Shown here in pieces: positions 18,195 to 25,743 of a stretch of DNA of 25,743 nucleotides; within the stretch, counting starts at the first letter, position 1; every line of letters begins with the position of its first letter. Source of the stretch: Candidatus Fermentibacteraceae bacterium (GTDB taxonomy: Bacteria > Fermentibacterota > Fermentibacteria > Fermentibacterales > JCC-6); the NCBI GenBank assembly GCA_041686025.1, contig JAWLEP010000002.1, positions 73,671 through 99,413 on the forward strand. Direction: 5' to 3'. The position numbers and the translations under genes are program-made. The notes under the pieces were generated by a model. The model was not told the DNA's origin. It did not search any database and worked only from the letters and a program-made list of their open reading frames with translations.

Positions 18195-20960
18195 GGGAGT
18201 CAGCTCGTTCAGGGAGGCCTTCAGGGCGTCCATGGTAAAGGGCTTCTGCAGAAAGGTGACCCCGCTGCGGCCCCGGAACCGGCGCCTCAGGTCCTCCCTG
18301 CTGTAGCCGCTGAAGACGATTACGGGAAGGTCGGGGGAGGTCTTCCGTATCAGGCGGAAGGTCTCCTCCCCGTCCATTCCGGGCATGGTCAGGTCCAGCA
18401 TCACCATGCCGATGTTTCCGTCCGCCCCGGCAAGGACCTCCAGGGCCCTCTCCCCGCTCTCCACCACGGTCGCCCGGCATCCCAGCTTCTCCAGCATGCC
18501 GCCTGCCACCTCCCTGACCATCTTCTCGTCGTCCACCACCAGCACGCGCTCGGGCAATCCCGGATCGCCGCAGGCTGCGTCATCCCCCTCGCCGCTCTCC
18601 CCGGTCTCTCCGGGCAGCCGGGGGAAGACGGCGGTGAAGCAGGTGCCCAGGTCCCTCTCCGTCTCCACCAGGATGGTCCCCTCGTGTGATCGCATGATTC
18701 CCAGCACCGCCGAGAGGCCCAGTCCGCTGCCGCTGAACTTGGTGGAGAAGAAGGGGTCGAAGATCCGTTCCACGTGCTCGGACTCCATGCCGCAGCCGTC
18801 GTCCTCCACCTTGAGGAGGACGTACCCGTGCTCGGTGTCGGGAAGTGTCCCCCGCGGCTCCAGGCCCTCCTCGTCCGGCTCCGAGACGGAGACCGTTATG
18901 CTTCCGCTGCCCTCGATGGCCTCGGCGGCGTTGGTTATGAGGTTCATGGCCACCTGCCTTATCTGAACGGCGTCCCCCTGGACCAGGAGGGGGTACTCGG
19001 GGACCCGGCACTCGATGTCTATCCTCCGGGGTATGGAGGCCCGCATTATGTCGAACAGCTCCCCCACCAGGGCGCTGAGGTCCAGCACCTCCACCTGGAA
19101 GCTGGCCTTCCCGGCGTAGGCGAGCATCTGCCTGGCCAGCTGCGAGGCCCTGAGGGCGGCATTCCTGATCTTCCCCAGACGGTCCGCCGCCGACGGGTCT
19201 ATTCCGCCTCCCTCCAGCGCCATCTCGGCGTTTCCCAGTATGGCCACCAGTATGTTGTTGAAGTCGTGGGCGATGCCCCCGGCCATGATGCCCAGGCTCT
19301 CCATCTTCTGGGCCTCCAGCATCTGCTGCTCCAGCCTCTTCCTCTCCTCCTCCGCCCGCCGGCGGTCGGTTATGTCCCTGGCTATGCCGCAGATGCCCGT
19401 TATGCGGCCGGAGGCGCTTCTCAGCGGAACCTTGACGGTGTGGAAGATGTGGCTGCTACCCCTTACGGGCTTCTCGGGCAGCTCCTCCACCACCTGTCCC
19501 TGAAGCACTCTGGCGTCCGACTCCTCGTCTGCGCCGCCCACGTCGGGGCCGAACAGCTCGCTGTCGGTCCTGCCCAGAATGTCGTCGCGGGAGAGTCCGA
19601 AGAGCTCCTCCATGGCGTGGTTCACCCGGATGTAGCGGAGGTCTGCGTCCTTGATGAAGATGGAGTCCCTGGCCGTCTCGAAGACGGCCCGGAAGAGCTC
19701 CTCGTTCTCCCGCAGCGACTCCACCATGCGGGCCCGGTCTATGAAGAGGCCGATCTGGTCGGCCACGAAGGTCAGCACCTCCAGGTCCTCGCGGCTGTAG
19801 GCCCCGGGGTCGTCGTAGCTCTGGACGACTATGGCGCCTATGGTCACCCCCATGGCCCTCAGCGGGGCCGCCATCCAGACCTCGCTGGGGGTCCCGATCG
19901 TCTCGATCAGGCCCCTGCGCTCCATCTCGTCCATGTCCGAGCCGTCCACCAGCAGCGGCCTGTCGGTCCTGATCACGTACGCCGTCAGTGTCTTGCCGGC
20001 GGGGAAGCTGGTGAACCGGTCCTTCTGGTCGGAGGAGTAGGCCATGGTGAGCATGTCCTCGCCCCTGTCGTGCAGCGCGATGATCATGTTGGTGGTGTCG
20101 AACAGGGAGCCCAGCGCCTTCTGTATGGCGGGGTAGAGGTCCTGCACGCTGTCCAGCGTGTGCGCCTTGCGTGCGATCTCCAGAAGCACCTCGCGGGTCA
20201 GCTCCACCCGCTTGCGGTCGGTGATGTCCTGGGCGGAGATCAGCACCGGGACTACCCCCTGCTCGGGCTCCAGGGCCCGGGCCCTGAGGTCGGCCCAGCG
20301 GATACTCCCATCCCGGGTGACGATCCGCAGCTGGTATGAATCGGGGGGATGCTCCCCCCTTCTCCTGGCCAGGCCGCGTGCCTTGACCATCTCCCGGTCC
20401 ACCGGGTGGACCAGCTCCCAGAAAGGCATGCCTATCATCTCGGACTCATCGTACCCCGTCATCCTGAGGGCCGTTCGGTTGGCGTAGGTCCAGACGCCGT
20501 CCCGGTGGATCATGATGGCCACCGGCGACAGGTCGCTGAAGGTCCTGAACCTCCGCTCGCTGGCGGCCAGCTCCTCCTCCGCCCTCTTCAGGTCGTCTAT
20601 GTCCATCCAGATGCCCGAGACCTCGGTCACCCGTCCGTCCTCGTCCCGGGCGGAGGGGGAGCCCCGGACCAGCGACCAGCGGTAGCTTCCGGCCACCTTC
20701 AGCCGCAGCTCCAGCGCTGCTGCCTCCGCCTCCCCGGACATCAGGCTCTCTATGCGTTCCCTGGCCGCCCGGCGGTCGTCGGGGTGGACCAGCTCCAGCA
20801 TGTCACCAAGGCTGCCGGTCAATTCCGGCGGGACCCTCAACCCGGGGTTGGTCCAGCTGCTCTCCACCCGCAGGTTCATGTCGGCGGTGCTTATCGCCCA
20901 TACCACGGCCTGGTAACCCATCTCCCCGGAGCCGATAGAGCCGTCCACAGGTCTGGCCAC
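18192..20960 (-). CDS. Hybrid sensor histidine kinase/response regulator (PAS-PAS-GAF-PAS-HisKA-HATPase-REC), soluble
   Basis: PAS motifs VHPDD, VHPVD and DITDRKR, a GAF segment, H-box AGGIAHDFNNIL, NLITNAAEAI, DDGCGM, FDPFFSTK, GLGL, and REC motifs VVDDE/LDLTMPGMDG/QKPF. GTG 20960 has an AAGGGAG RBS; ATG 20999 is an alternative. Confidence 0.92.
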   Translation of the reverse strand: MARPVDGSIGSGEMGYQAVVWAISTADMNLRVESSWTNPGLRVPPELTGSLGDMLELVHPDDRRAARERIESLMSGEAEAAALELRLKVAGSYRWSLVRGSPSARDEDGRVTEVSGIWMDIDDLKRAEEELAASERRFRTFSDLSPVAIMIHRDGVWTYANRTALRMTGYDESEMIGMPFWELVHPVDREMVKARGLARRRGEHPPDSYQLRIVTRDGSIRWADLRARALEPEQGVVPVLISAQDITDRKRVELTREVLLEIARKAHTLDSVQDLYPAIQKALGSLFDTTNMIIALHDRGEDMLTMAYSSDQKDRFTSFPAGKTLTAYVIRTDRPLLVDGSDMDEMERRGLIETIGTPSEVWMAAPLRAMGVTIGAIVVQSYDDPGAYSREDLEVLTFVADQIGLFIDRARMVESLRENEELFRAVFETARDSIFIKDADLRYIRVNHAMEELFGLSRDDILGRTDSELFGPDVGGADEESDARVLQGQVVEELPEKPVRGSSHIFHTVKVPLRSASGRITGICGIARDITDRRRAEEERKRLEQQMLEAQKMESLGIMAGGIAHDFNNILVAILGNAEMALEGGGIDPSAADRLGKIRNAALRASQLARQMLAYAGKASFQVEVLDLSALVGELFDIMRASIPRRIDIECRVPEYPLLVQGDAVQIRQVAMNLITNAAEAIEGSGSITVSVSEPDEEGLEPRGTLPDTEHGYVLLKVEDDGCGMESEHVERIFDPFFSTKFSGSGLGLSAVLGIMRSHEGTILVETERDLGTCFTAVFPRLPGETGESGEGDDAACGDPGLPERVLVVDDEKMVREVAGGMLEKLGCRATVVESGERALEVLAGADGNIGMVMLDLTMPGMDGEETFRLIRKTSPDLPVIVFSGYSREDLRRRFRGRSGVTFLQKPFTMDALKASLNELTP

Positions 20961-20992
20961 AGATCTCCCTTCCGTCGGAATCGCCGCGCATG

Positions 20993-21036
20993 GGAACATC
21001 GAGGGTGTTCCGCAGGCAAACGAGGTATGTTAGATT
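20993..21036 (+). promoter_or_regulatory. Candidate extended -10 promoter with an overlapping inverted-repeat operator
   Basis: TGnTAGATT (21028-21036). GGAACA-N7-TGTTCC (20993-21011) overlaps the expected -35 position. Confidence 0.35.
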
Positions 21037-21081
21037 GATCTTCGGAAAGCGAGCCGATGACAACCCCGTGGAAGGAGTCTC

Positions 21082-22173
21082 GTGTCCAAGGCCCCAGAAG
21101 GCTCGGGCAGCCGCTTCTCGGGGATTCTGGACAGCTCCCGGATACTCCGGGGCCTTATCGTCTTCCTGGTGCTGTCCGCCATCGGCTTCGGCATCCTGTT
21201 CCTCCGCCCCGCCTCCAGCGACCAGGTGAGGCAGCTGGGCAGGCTCAGGCCCGGGTACCTGGCGCTTACCCTCTGCTTCTCGCTGCTGGACATGTTCCTC
21301 GGCGGGCTGCGCAACCATGTCTTCATCCGCGAGATACGTCCGGACATGGGATACTGGACCAGCTTCAGGGCCAACCTGTCCAACGTCTTCATGGGGGCCA
21401 TGACCCCGTCGCAGACCGGCGGAAGCCCCGCCCAGGTGTTCGTCTACTACCGAAACGGCCTCTCCATAGGGGAGGGCCTTTCCATAATCGTGGTAAACTA
21501 CCTGGCCACGGTCATCTTCTTCATCATTGCCGCGGTCTTCGGCCTGAGGGTGCTCAGCGGCGTGGGCAGCGACACGGTGCTGACGCTGGTTGCCGTGGCC
21601 TTCGGCCTGTTCAGCCTGCAGCTGCTTCTGTTCCTCTTCTTCCTGTGGAGGCCGGAGATGGTGGAGAGGCTGCTGCGGAGCGTGTCGGCGTGGCTGGCCC
21701 GGAAGCTCCGGTTCGCTTCTTCCTTCATCGGGCGGGCATCGGCCAGGCTGTGCGACGAGCTGGCCGAGTTCCAGGAGGCCTGCCAGCTCTTCCTCCGCCG
21801 CAAGCCGGCGATCTTCCTGCAGAGCTTCGGGCTCACCGCGGTCCTCTACTTCAACAAGTTCCTCCTGGCCTGGCTGGTGATGCGGGGCCTGGGAATCGAT
21901 GGAAGCGTCCTGGAGGTTCTGGCCATACAGGCCCTGATAGTGTTCATTCTCTACTTCTCCCCCAGTCCCGGGGGAAGCGGCATAGCCGAGCTGACCACCG
22001 GCGCCCTCATGGCCCGCATGGTGCCCATGGCCAGGATGGGGGTCTTCACGGCCCTGCAGCGGTTCTTCTTCCTCTACCTTCCCGCCGGGGTGGGAGCGGT
22101 GATCTTCCTGCACGCCCTGGGCCGCTACGCCGCGGAGAGGGCTGTGGAGAGCCTCGAGGACGCCGATGGCTGA
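21082..22173 (+). CDS. Lysylphosphatidylglycerol-synthase TM domain (UPF0104/flippase-like) protein
   Basis: Multi-TM protein with TPSQTGGSPAQ, PSPGGSGIAE and RFFFLYLP motifs. GTG start with GGAAGGAG RBS. Confidence 0.85.
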   Translation: MSKAPEGSGSRFSGILDSSRILRGLIVFLVLSAIGFGILFLRPASSDQVRQLGRLRPGYLALTLCFSLLDMFLGGLRNHVFIREIRPDMGYWTSFRANLSNVFMGAMTPSQTGGSPAQVFVYYRNGLSIGEGLSIIVVNYLATVIFFIIAAVFGLRVLSGVGSDTVLTLVAVAFGLFSLQLLLFLFFLWRPEMVERLLRSVSAWLARKLRFASSFIGRASARLCDELAEFQEACQLFLRRKPAIFLQSFGLTAVLYFNKFLLAWLVMRGLGIDGSVLEVLAIQALIVFILYFSPSPGGSGIAELTTGALMARMVPMARMGVFTALQRFFFLYLPAGVGAVIFLHALGRYAAERAVESLEDADG

Positions 22174-22174
22174 C

Positions 22175-22195
22175 GCGGCGCCCTGTTGGCGCTGC
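22175..22195. terminator. Hairpin between convergent genes, possible terminator
   Basis: GCGGCGCC-ctgtt-GGCGCTGC, 8-bp stem with one G:U on the plus strand. No U-tract. Confidence 0.3.
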
Positions 22196-22202
22196 TGCAG
22201 GG

Positions 22203-23438
22203 CTACCTGCCCAGGCCCGTCAGCCTGAGAAACGCAGTGTCCCCTTCCGCCTCGGCGGAGCACACGAATACGCCGGATGCGGGCACCGTCAGATCGATTG
22301 CGTGGCAGCCGGCAGGCAGCTGGCCCATGCGCCGGCACATCAGCTGCCGGCCCGCGATGTCGAACAGCCTAACGGTCACCGCTGCAGGCTCGGAGAGGGA
22401 CAGCTCCAGCCCGGCGGTCCCGGTGCAGGGATTGGTCCCGGCCAGGGAGAGCTGGACGCCGCCTGCGTCATCGCCGCTCTCCACGCCTGAGGGGCCCCCG
22501 CCGATCACCGCCAGCTCACCCAGCTCGTTGTCCACGACGTAAACCTCGGTGCCCGCCGGATGGACGCAAATGCCCAGGGGGCTTGCTCCGGTGGACACGG
22601 TATCCGCCACTGTCCCCTGGGAGAGGTCAAGCACCATTACCTCCCCGGTCCCGCTGGAGGAGACGTAGAGGTGCTGGCCGCCCGGCAGCACGCAGATGTC
22701 CAGCGGCTCGTCCCCGACTCCGGAGACCTCGTCCACCACCTGGCCGGTCCCCACGTCCACCACCTTGACCATGTCCCACGGGGGCACGGTGAAGTAGAGG
22801 AGCGAGCCGTCCGGAGATGCGCATACGTCCCGGGTGTCCGCCCCCGTGAACAGGTCCGCGGTTCCGTAGTCGTCGAGGTCTACAAGGGTTGCGTTGTAGG
22901 AGTCGGACCTGGCCACGCAGGCGCTTCCGCTGCCCGGCAGTGCGCAGACGCCCCGCGGCGAGCTGCCCACCGAGACCACTTCCTCCACCGTCCAGCTGCC
23001 GGTCTCTATCACCCACAGCTGAAACAGGTTGCAGGTGACGAGGACCCTCTGGCCGTCCGGTACCGCCTCTATGTATTCCGGGTCGGCTCCCACCTCCACC
23101 GTGGCCAGGTGCTGCATGTCACCGGCTCCGATCACCTCCACGCTGCTCTCCTCCACGTTGCAGGCCAGGAGGTGCTGGCCGTCGGGGGTCACGCATATTC
23201 CGCCCAGCTCGCTTCCGATGTAGCAGGTGCCGTCCACGGAGTATCCGTCGGTCTCCACGGAGCTGACGATTCCGAACTCCGCAGCGGCGTACACATGGCC
23301 TCCGTCGGGGGAGGCGCACACCCCCACCGGGCCGCTGGCTCCCCCCAGGGATACGGTGGCCACCACGCTGTCGGGGTAGTCGGCCGCATGCAGGGCCGGC
23401 ACCAGCAGCAGCCCCGCCGCGACTGCCGGACGCAGCAC
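22203..23438 (-). CDS. Secreted YncE/YVTN-type 7-blade beta-propeller with T9SS-type CTD (411 aa)
   Basis: Start reassigned to GTG 23438 (GAGGT RBS, just after the upstream stop). Signal peptide, seven P-x-G-[VI]-C-x-x-P-D-G-like repeats, and a CTD TNPC...FDIAGR...SGVF. Confidence 0.8.
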   Translation of the reverse strand: MLRPAVAAGLLLVPALHAADYPDSVVATVSLGGASGPVGVCASPDGGHVYAAAEFGIVSSVETDGYSVDGTCYIGSELGGICVTPDGQHLLACNVEESSVEVIGAGDMQHLATVEVGADPEYIEAVPDGQRVLVTCNLFQLWVIETGSWTVEEVVSVGSSPRGVCALPGSGSACVARSDSYNATLVDLDDYGTADLFTGADTRDVCASPDGSLLYFTVPPWDMVKVVDVGTGQVVDEVSGVGDEPLDICVLPGGQHLYVSSSGTGEVMVLDLSQGTVADTVSTGASPLGICVHPAGTEVYVVDNELGELAVIGGGPSGVESGDDAGGVQLSLAGTNPCTGTAGLELSLSEPAAVTVRLFDIAGRQLMCRRMGQLPAGCHAIDLTVPASGVFVCSAEAEGDTAFLRLTGLGR

Positions 23439-23440
23439 GG

Positions 23441-25657
23441 CTACCTCACCACCACGAGCTTGCTTACCTTGCTCCCCGCCGGCGTGCTCAGCCGGGCGAG
23501 GTAGACGCCGCCCGCCAGGCCAAGCTCCTCGGCGTCCAGCGTCACCGAGTGCGGCCCCCGGGCCAGCTCGCCGGCCAGGGGCTGGGCCACCAGGCGGCCG
23601 GTCAGGTCGTAGATCCGAAGGGTGCATCGGCCGGCGGAGGGGACCACCAGGTCCAGCCTGCCGCTGGCGGCCATGGGGTTGGGGGTTGCGGAGAGGCCCA
23701 GTACGTAGTCCATGCGTCCCCCCTCCACGGCTGTTCCGTCATGCTCCCAGAGGGTGATGTCGGCCTCCACCCAGGAGCTCAGCCCCTGGTAGTTGCGCCC
23801 GGAGAAGACGGTGTAGTAGCTCCTGTCGTGGGGTATCACGAACTCGGTGTATCCCGAGCTCGAGTACTCGGCAACCTCGCAGGCCTCGAAGGGCTGGTCG
23901 TCCATGTAGGCTTCGAGGCCGTCCTGGTCGGTGAAGAAGAAGGTGGTCCCGCCCTCATCGAGGGGCTCGAGAAACTCGCTTCTGGGGTTGGCGTAGTAGT
24001 CCCTGCCGGTGGAAACGTCGCACGGCACCTGGTAGTCCACCTGGATCAGGTACTTCCTGTCGGTTCCCATGGGCACCTCGGTGGCCTCCACCGAGGGCAT
24101 GGTATCCGACGGTATCCACTGGAAGTAGTAGTGCTCTCCCGCCTCGCTGTTCTCTATGAGGTCGGCGAAGCCGCCGCCGGGGTATATGCCCAGGTCGCAG
24201 TAGAGGTTGATGTAGAAGCTCTGGTTGTCGCCCAGCACGAACTCCGCGTTCCCTTCGCGGTCGGTCCATGCCCAGCTGCCCCTGCCCACGGCGCTCTGCT
24301 GCCAGTACTCGCTTGCTATGGTCACCTGGACGTTGTCCACCGGCGTGCCCACCGAGTCCTCCACGTGCACGGTAAGGGTGCAGGTGTCCGAGTAGCGCCC
24401 GATCACGTCCCAGGTCCAGCCGTCGTTGCGCCAGTCCCATATGCACGAGCACTCCTTGGAGCCGCCCATGTCCTCGTCGTAGGCTATGCCGTAGTTGCCT
24501 ATCTGGGTCCTGTTGCCCCCCAGCTCCACCTGGTAGGGCTTCCAGTCCCCCTGCCAGCGGATCTCGCACCAGACGTGGTCCTCCAGTACGTCCATGGTGC
24601 AGGCCATGGGCAGCAGGCAGGTCCTTCCCGCCGCGCAGAGCAGGTCCTGCAGCTCGCCGCAGTTCCCGTTGTGCTCGTGGGCGATGACGTTGGGCTGTAT
24701 GGGGCGGTTGCCCGAAGCCGGGTCCGGGACGGTCTCCGAGCACCAGTTTCCAATGGCGTCCACCACCATCATGGAGTCGGTGAAGGGCCGGCCGCCGCTC
24801 CAGTTGTACTCCTGGCCGTCCCAGACCACGGTCAGCGGCTCCAGCACCTCCTTGAGGTTGGGGTAGCCGGGGTCGTTCTCGTAGTAGAGGTACTCGCGCC
24901 AGAACATGTCGTAGACGAAGTCGTTCTGAAGCGGGACCTCGTCGGAGACCTTGGGCATCACCACCCAGTCGTAGTACTCCTCCTTCGGTATCTCCACCGT
25001 GGTGGTATCGCCCTCCAGGACTACCGTGTACCGGGTGGTTGAGTAGGCCTCCGGAGTTCCGGTGTTGTAGTCCATTATCTCCACGAACTGCAGGTCGGCG
25101 TCCAGCTCGTACATCAGCTCGGCGCCGTTCACTATCACGGTCTCGTCCCAGTTCGGGTTGGCCAGGATGGTCCAGCTGAGGGTCGCCACCTGGTAGGCCA
25201 CCTCGTCCAGTATCTCCGGCTGCGTGATCCCGTTGATGAGGTCGGCGTAGCGGTCCTGGTTGGACTCGGTGAGCTGGGACAGGCGCCACTGCAGCCTGTC
25301 GGCCATCCAGTCCGGGGCCGCGTCCACGGCGTCCTGGGCATCCTGGGTGAGGGTGTAGGGCGCCTCGGTCACCGACAGCTCACCGGTGGAGTAGTCCATC
25401 TTCACCACCAGCTCGCCCCCCGCCGGCACCAGGCAGTCCAGGGTCAGGGAGTCCACGGGGTCGTAGTACGGCGGGATCTCCAGCGACCTTCCCGGCTCTG
25501 CTCCAGCCTCCCCTTCCGTCTCCCAGGTAGGGAACAGGGTCACCAGGTGGGTGGCGTCCTCCACCACCCGGACAGGCTCCGGCGGAACGCCGGTAGCCCC
25601 CCGGTCCGCCGCGGCGGAGGAGAACAGAATCGCAAGAGCCAGAGCGGTACGGATCAT
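23441..25657 (-). CDS. Secreted transglutaminase-like (PNGase-like) domain protein + beta-sandwich domains + T9SS-type CTD (738 aa)
   Basis: ATG 25657 with GAAGGAG RBS and a signal peptide. GNCGE...DHVWCEI...W core, a carboxypeptidase-regulatory-like segment (LTVHVED..GTPV...TDREG.AEF), and a CTD TPNPM...YDLTGRLV...GGVYLARL...KLVVVR. Confidence 0.75.
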   Translation of the reverse strand: MIRTALALAILFSSAAADRGATGVPPEPVRVVEDATHLVTLFPTWETEGEAGAEPGRSLEIPPYYDPVDSLTLDCLVPAGGELVVKMDYSTGELSVTEAPYTLTQDAQDAVDAAPDWMADRLQWRLSQLTESNQDRYADLINGITQPEILDEVAYQVATLSWTILANPNWDETVIVNGAELMYELDADLQFVEIMDYNTGTPEAYSTTRYTVVLEGDTTTVEIPKEEYYDWVVMPKVSDEVPLQNDFVYDMFWREYLYYENDPGYPNLKEVLEPLTVVWDGQEYNWSGGRPFTDSMMVVDAIGNWCSETVPDPASGNRPIQPNVIAHEHNGNCGELQDLLCAAGRTCLLPMACTMDVLEDHVWCEIRWQGDWKPYQVELGGNRTQIGNYGIAYDEDMGGSKECSCIWDWRNDGWTWDVIGRYSDTCTLTVHVEDSVGTPVDNVQVTIASEYWQQSAVGRGSWAWTDREGNAEFVLGDNQSFYINLYCDLGIYPGGGFADLIENSEAGEHYYFQWIPSDTMPSVEATEVPMGTDRKYLIQVDYQVPCDVSTGRDYYANPRSEFLEPLDEGGTTFFFTDQDGLEAYMDDQPFEACEVAEYSSSGYTEFVIPHDRSYYTVFSGRNYQGLSSWVEADITLWEHDGTAVEGGRMDYVLGLSATPNPMAASGRLDLVVPSAGRCTLRIYDLTGRLVAQPLAGELARGPHSVTLDAEELGLAGGVYLARLSTPAGSKVSKLVVVR

Positions 25658-25704
25658 CAGGGTCTCCTTCTTCAAGAGTGTGGGAGCTCCTTGTCTTCGA
25701 GAGC

Positions 25705-25734
25705 ACTATACCCCCGGCGCAGCCGCCCTGTAAA
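25705..25734 (-). promoter_or_regulatory. sigma70-type promoter for the 25657-23438 gene pair
   Basis: Minus strand TTTACA (25734-25729), 18-nt spacer, TATAGT (25710-25705). Confidence 0.55.
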
Positions 25735-25743
25735 CGCCGGGGC

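Noticed and set aside
1687..20339. Long antisense or alternate-frame ORFs (1687-4068, 3765-6305, 11954-13741, 13554-15287, 15113-17716, 18774-20339 and others)
   Set aside because: These are expected shadows of high-GC codon usage opposite well-supported genes, with no recognisable motifs.
944..22173. MprF-like Pro-tRNA-dependent lipid aminoacylation (proS near LPG-synthase-TM genes)
   Set aside because: No DUF2156/GNAT aminoacyl-transferase domain is present in the window, and proS looks like the ordinary housekeeping copy.
1..25743. CRISPR arrays, IS elements, prophage or defence genes
   Set aside because: No regularly spaced nucleotide repeats, transposase, integrase or nuclease motifs were seen. 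The repeats present are protein-level propeller blades.

Overview
High-GC bacterial chromosomal segment with no mobile elements, CRISPR arrays, rRNA or tRNA detected. Four secreted proteins carry T9SS-type C-terminal domains, which suggests an FCB-group lineage such as Ca. Fermentibacteria (inference only). Left to right: (1) the end of a cell-envelope glycosylation operon: partial glycosyltransferase, NAD-dependent epimerase, LPG-synthase-TM flippase-like protein, YfhO GT-C protein, and an unusual flippase-like domain fused to a radical SAM/twitch domain; (2) an Asp-box beta-propeller protein; (3) a minus-strand operon of Aur1-like PAP2 protein, panB, purD, purE and tsaC, headed by a ~165-nt rod-shaped 6S-like RNA with its own promoter; (4) divergently, archaeal/eukaryote-type proS, a second GT-C-like protein, a C25 peptidase and a rubrerythrin-like protein; (5) a hybrid PAS/GAF histidine kinase, a third LPG-synthase-TM protein, a Cys-rich YVTN propeller and a PNGase-like transglutaminase-fold protein. 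The best leads are the flippase/radical SAM fusion and its operon, the ncRNA, the PNGase-like enzyme, and tsaC, which has no canonical start codon and an altered KxR motif. All family calls come from reading motifs by eye; no searches were run.
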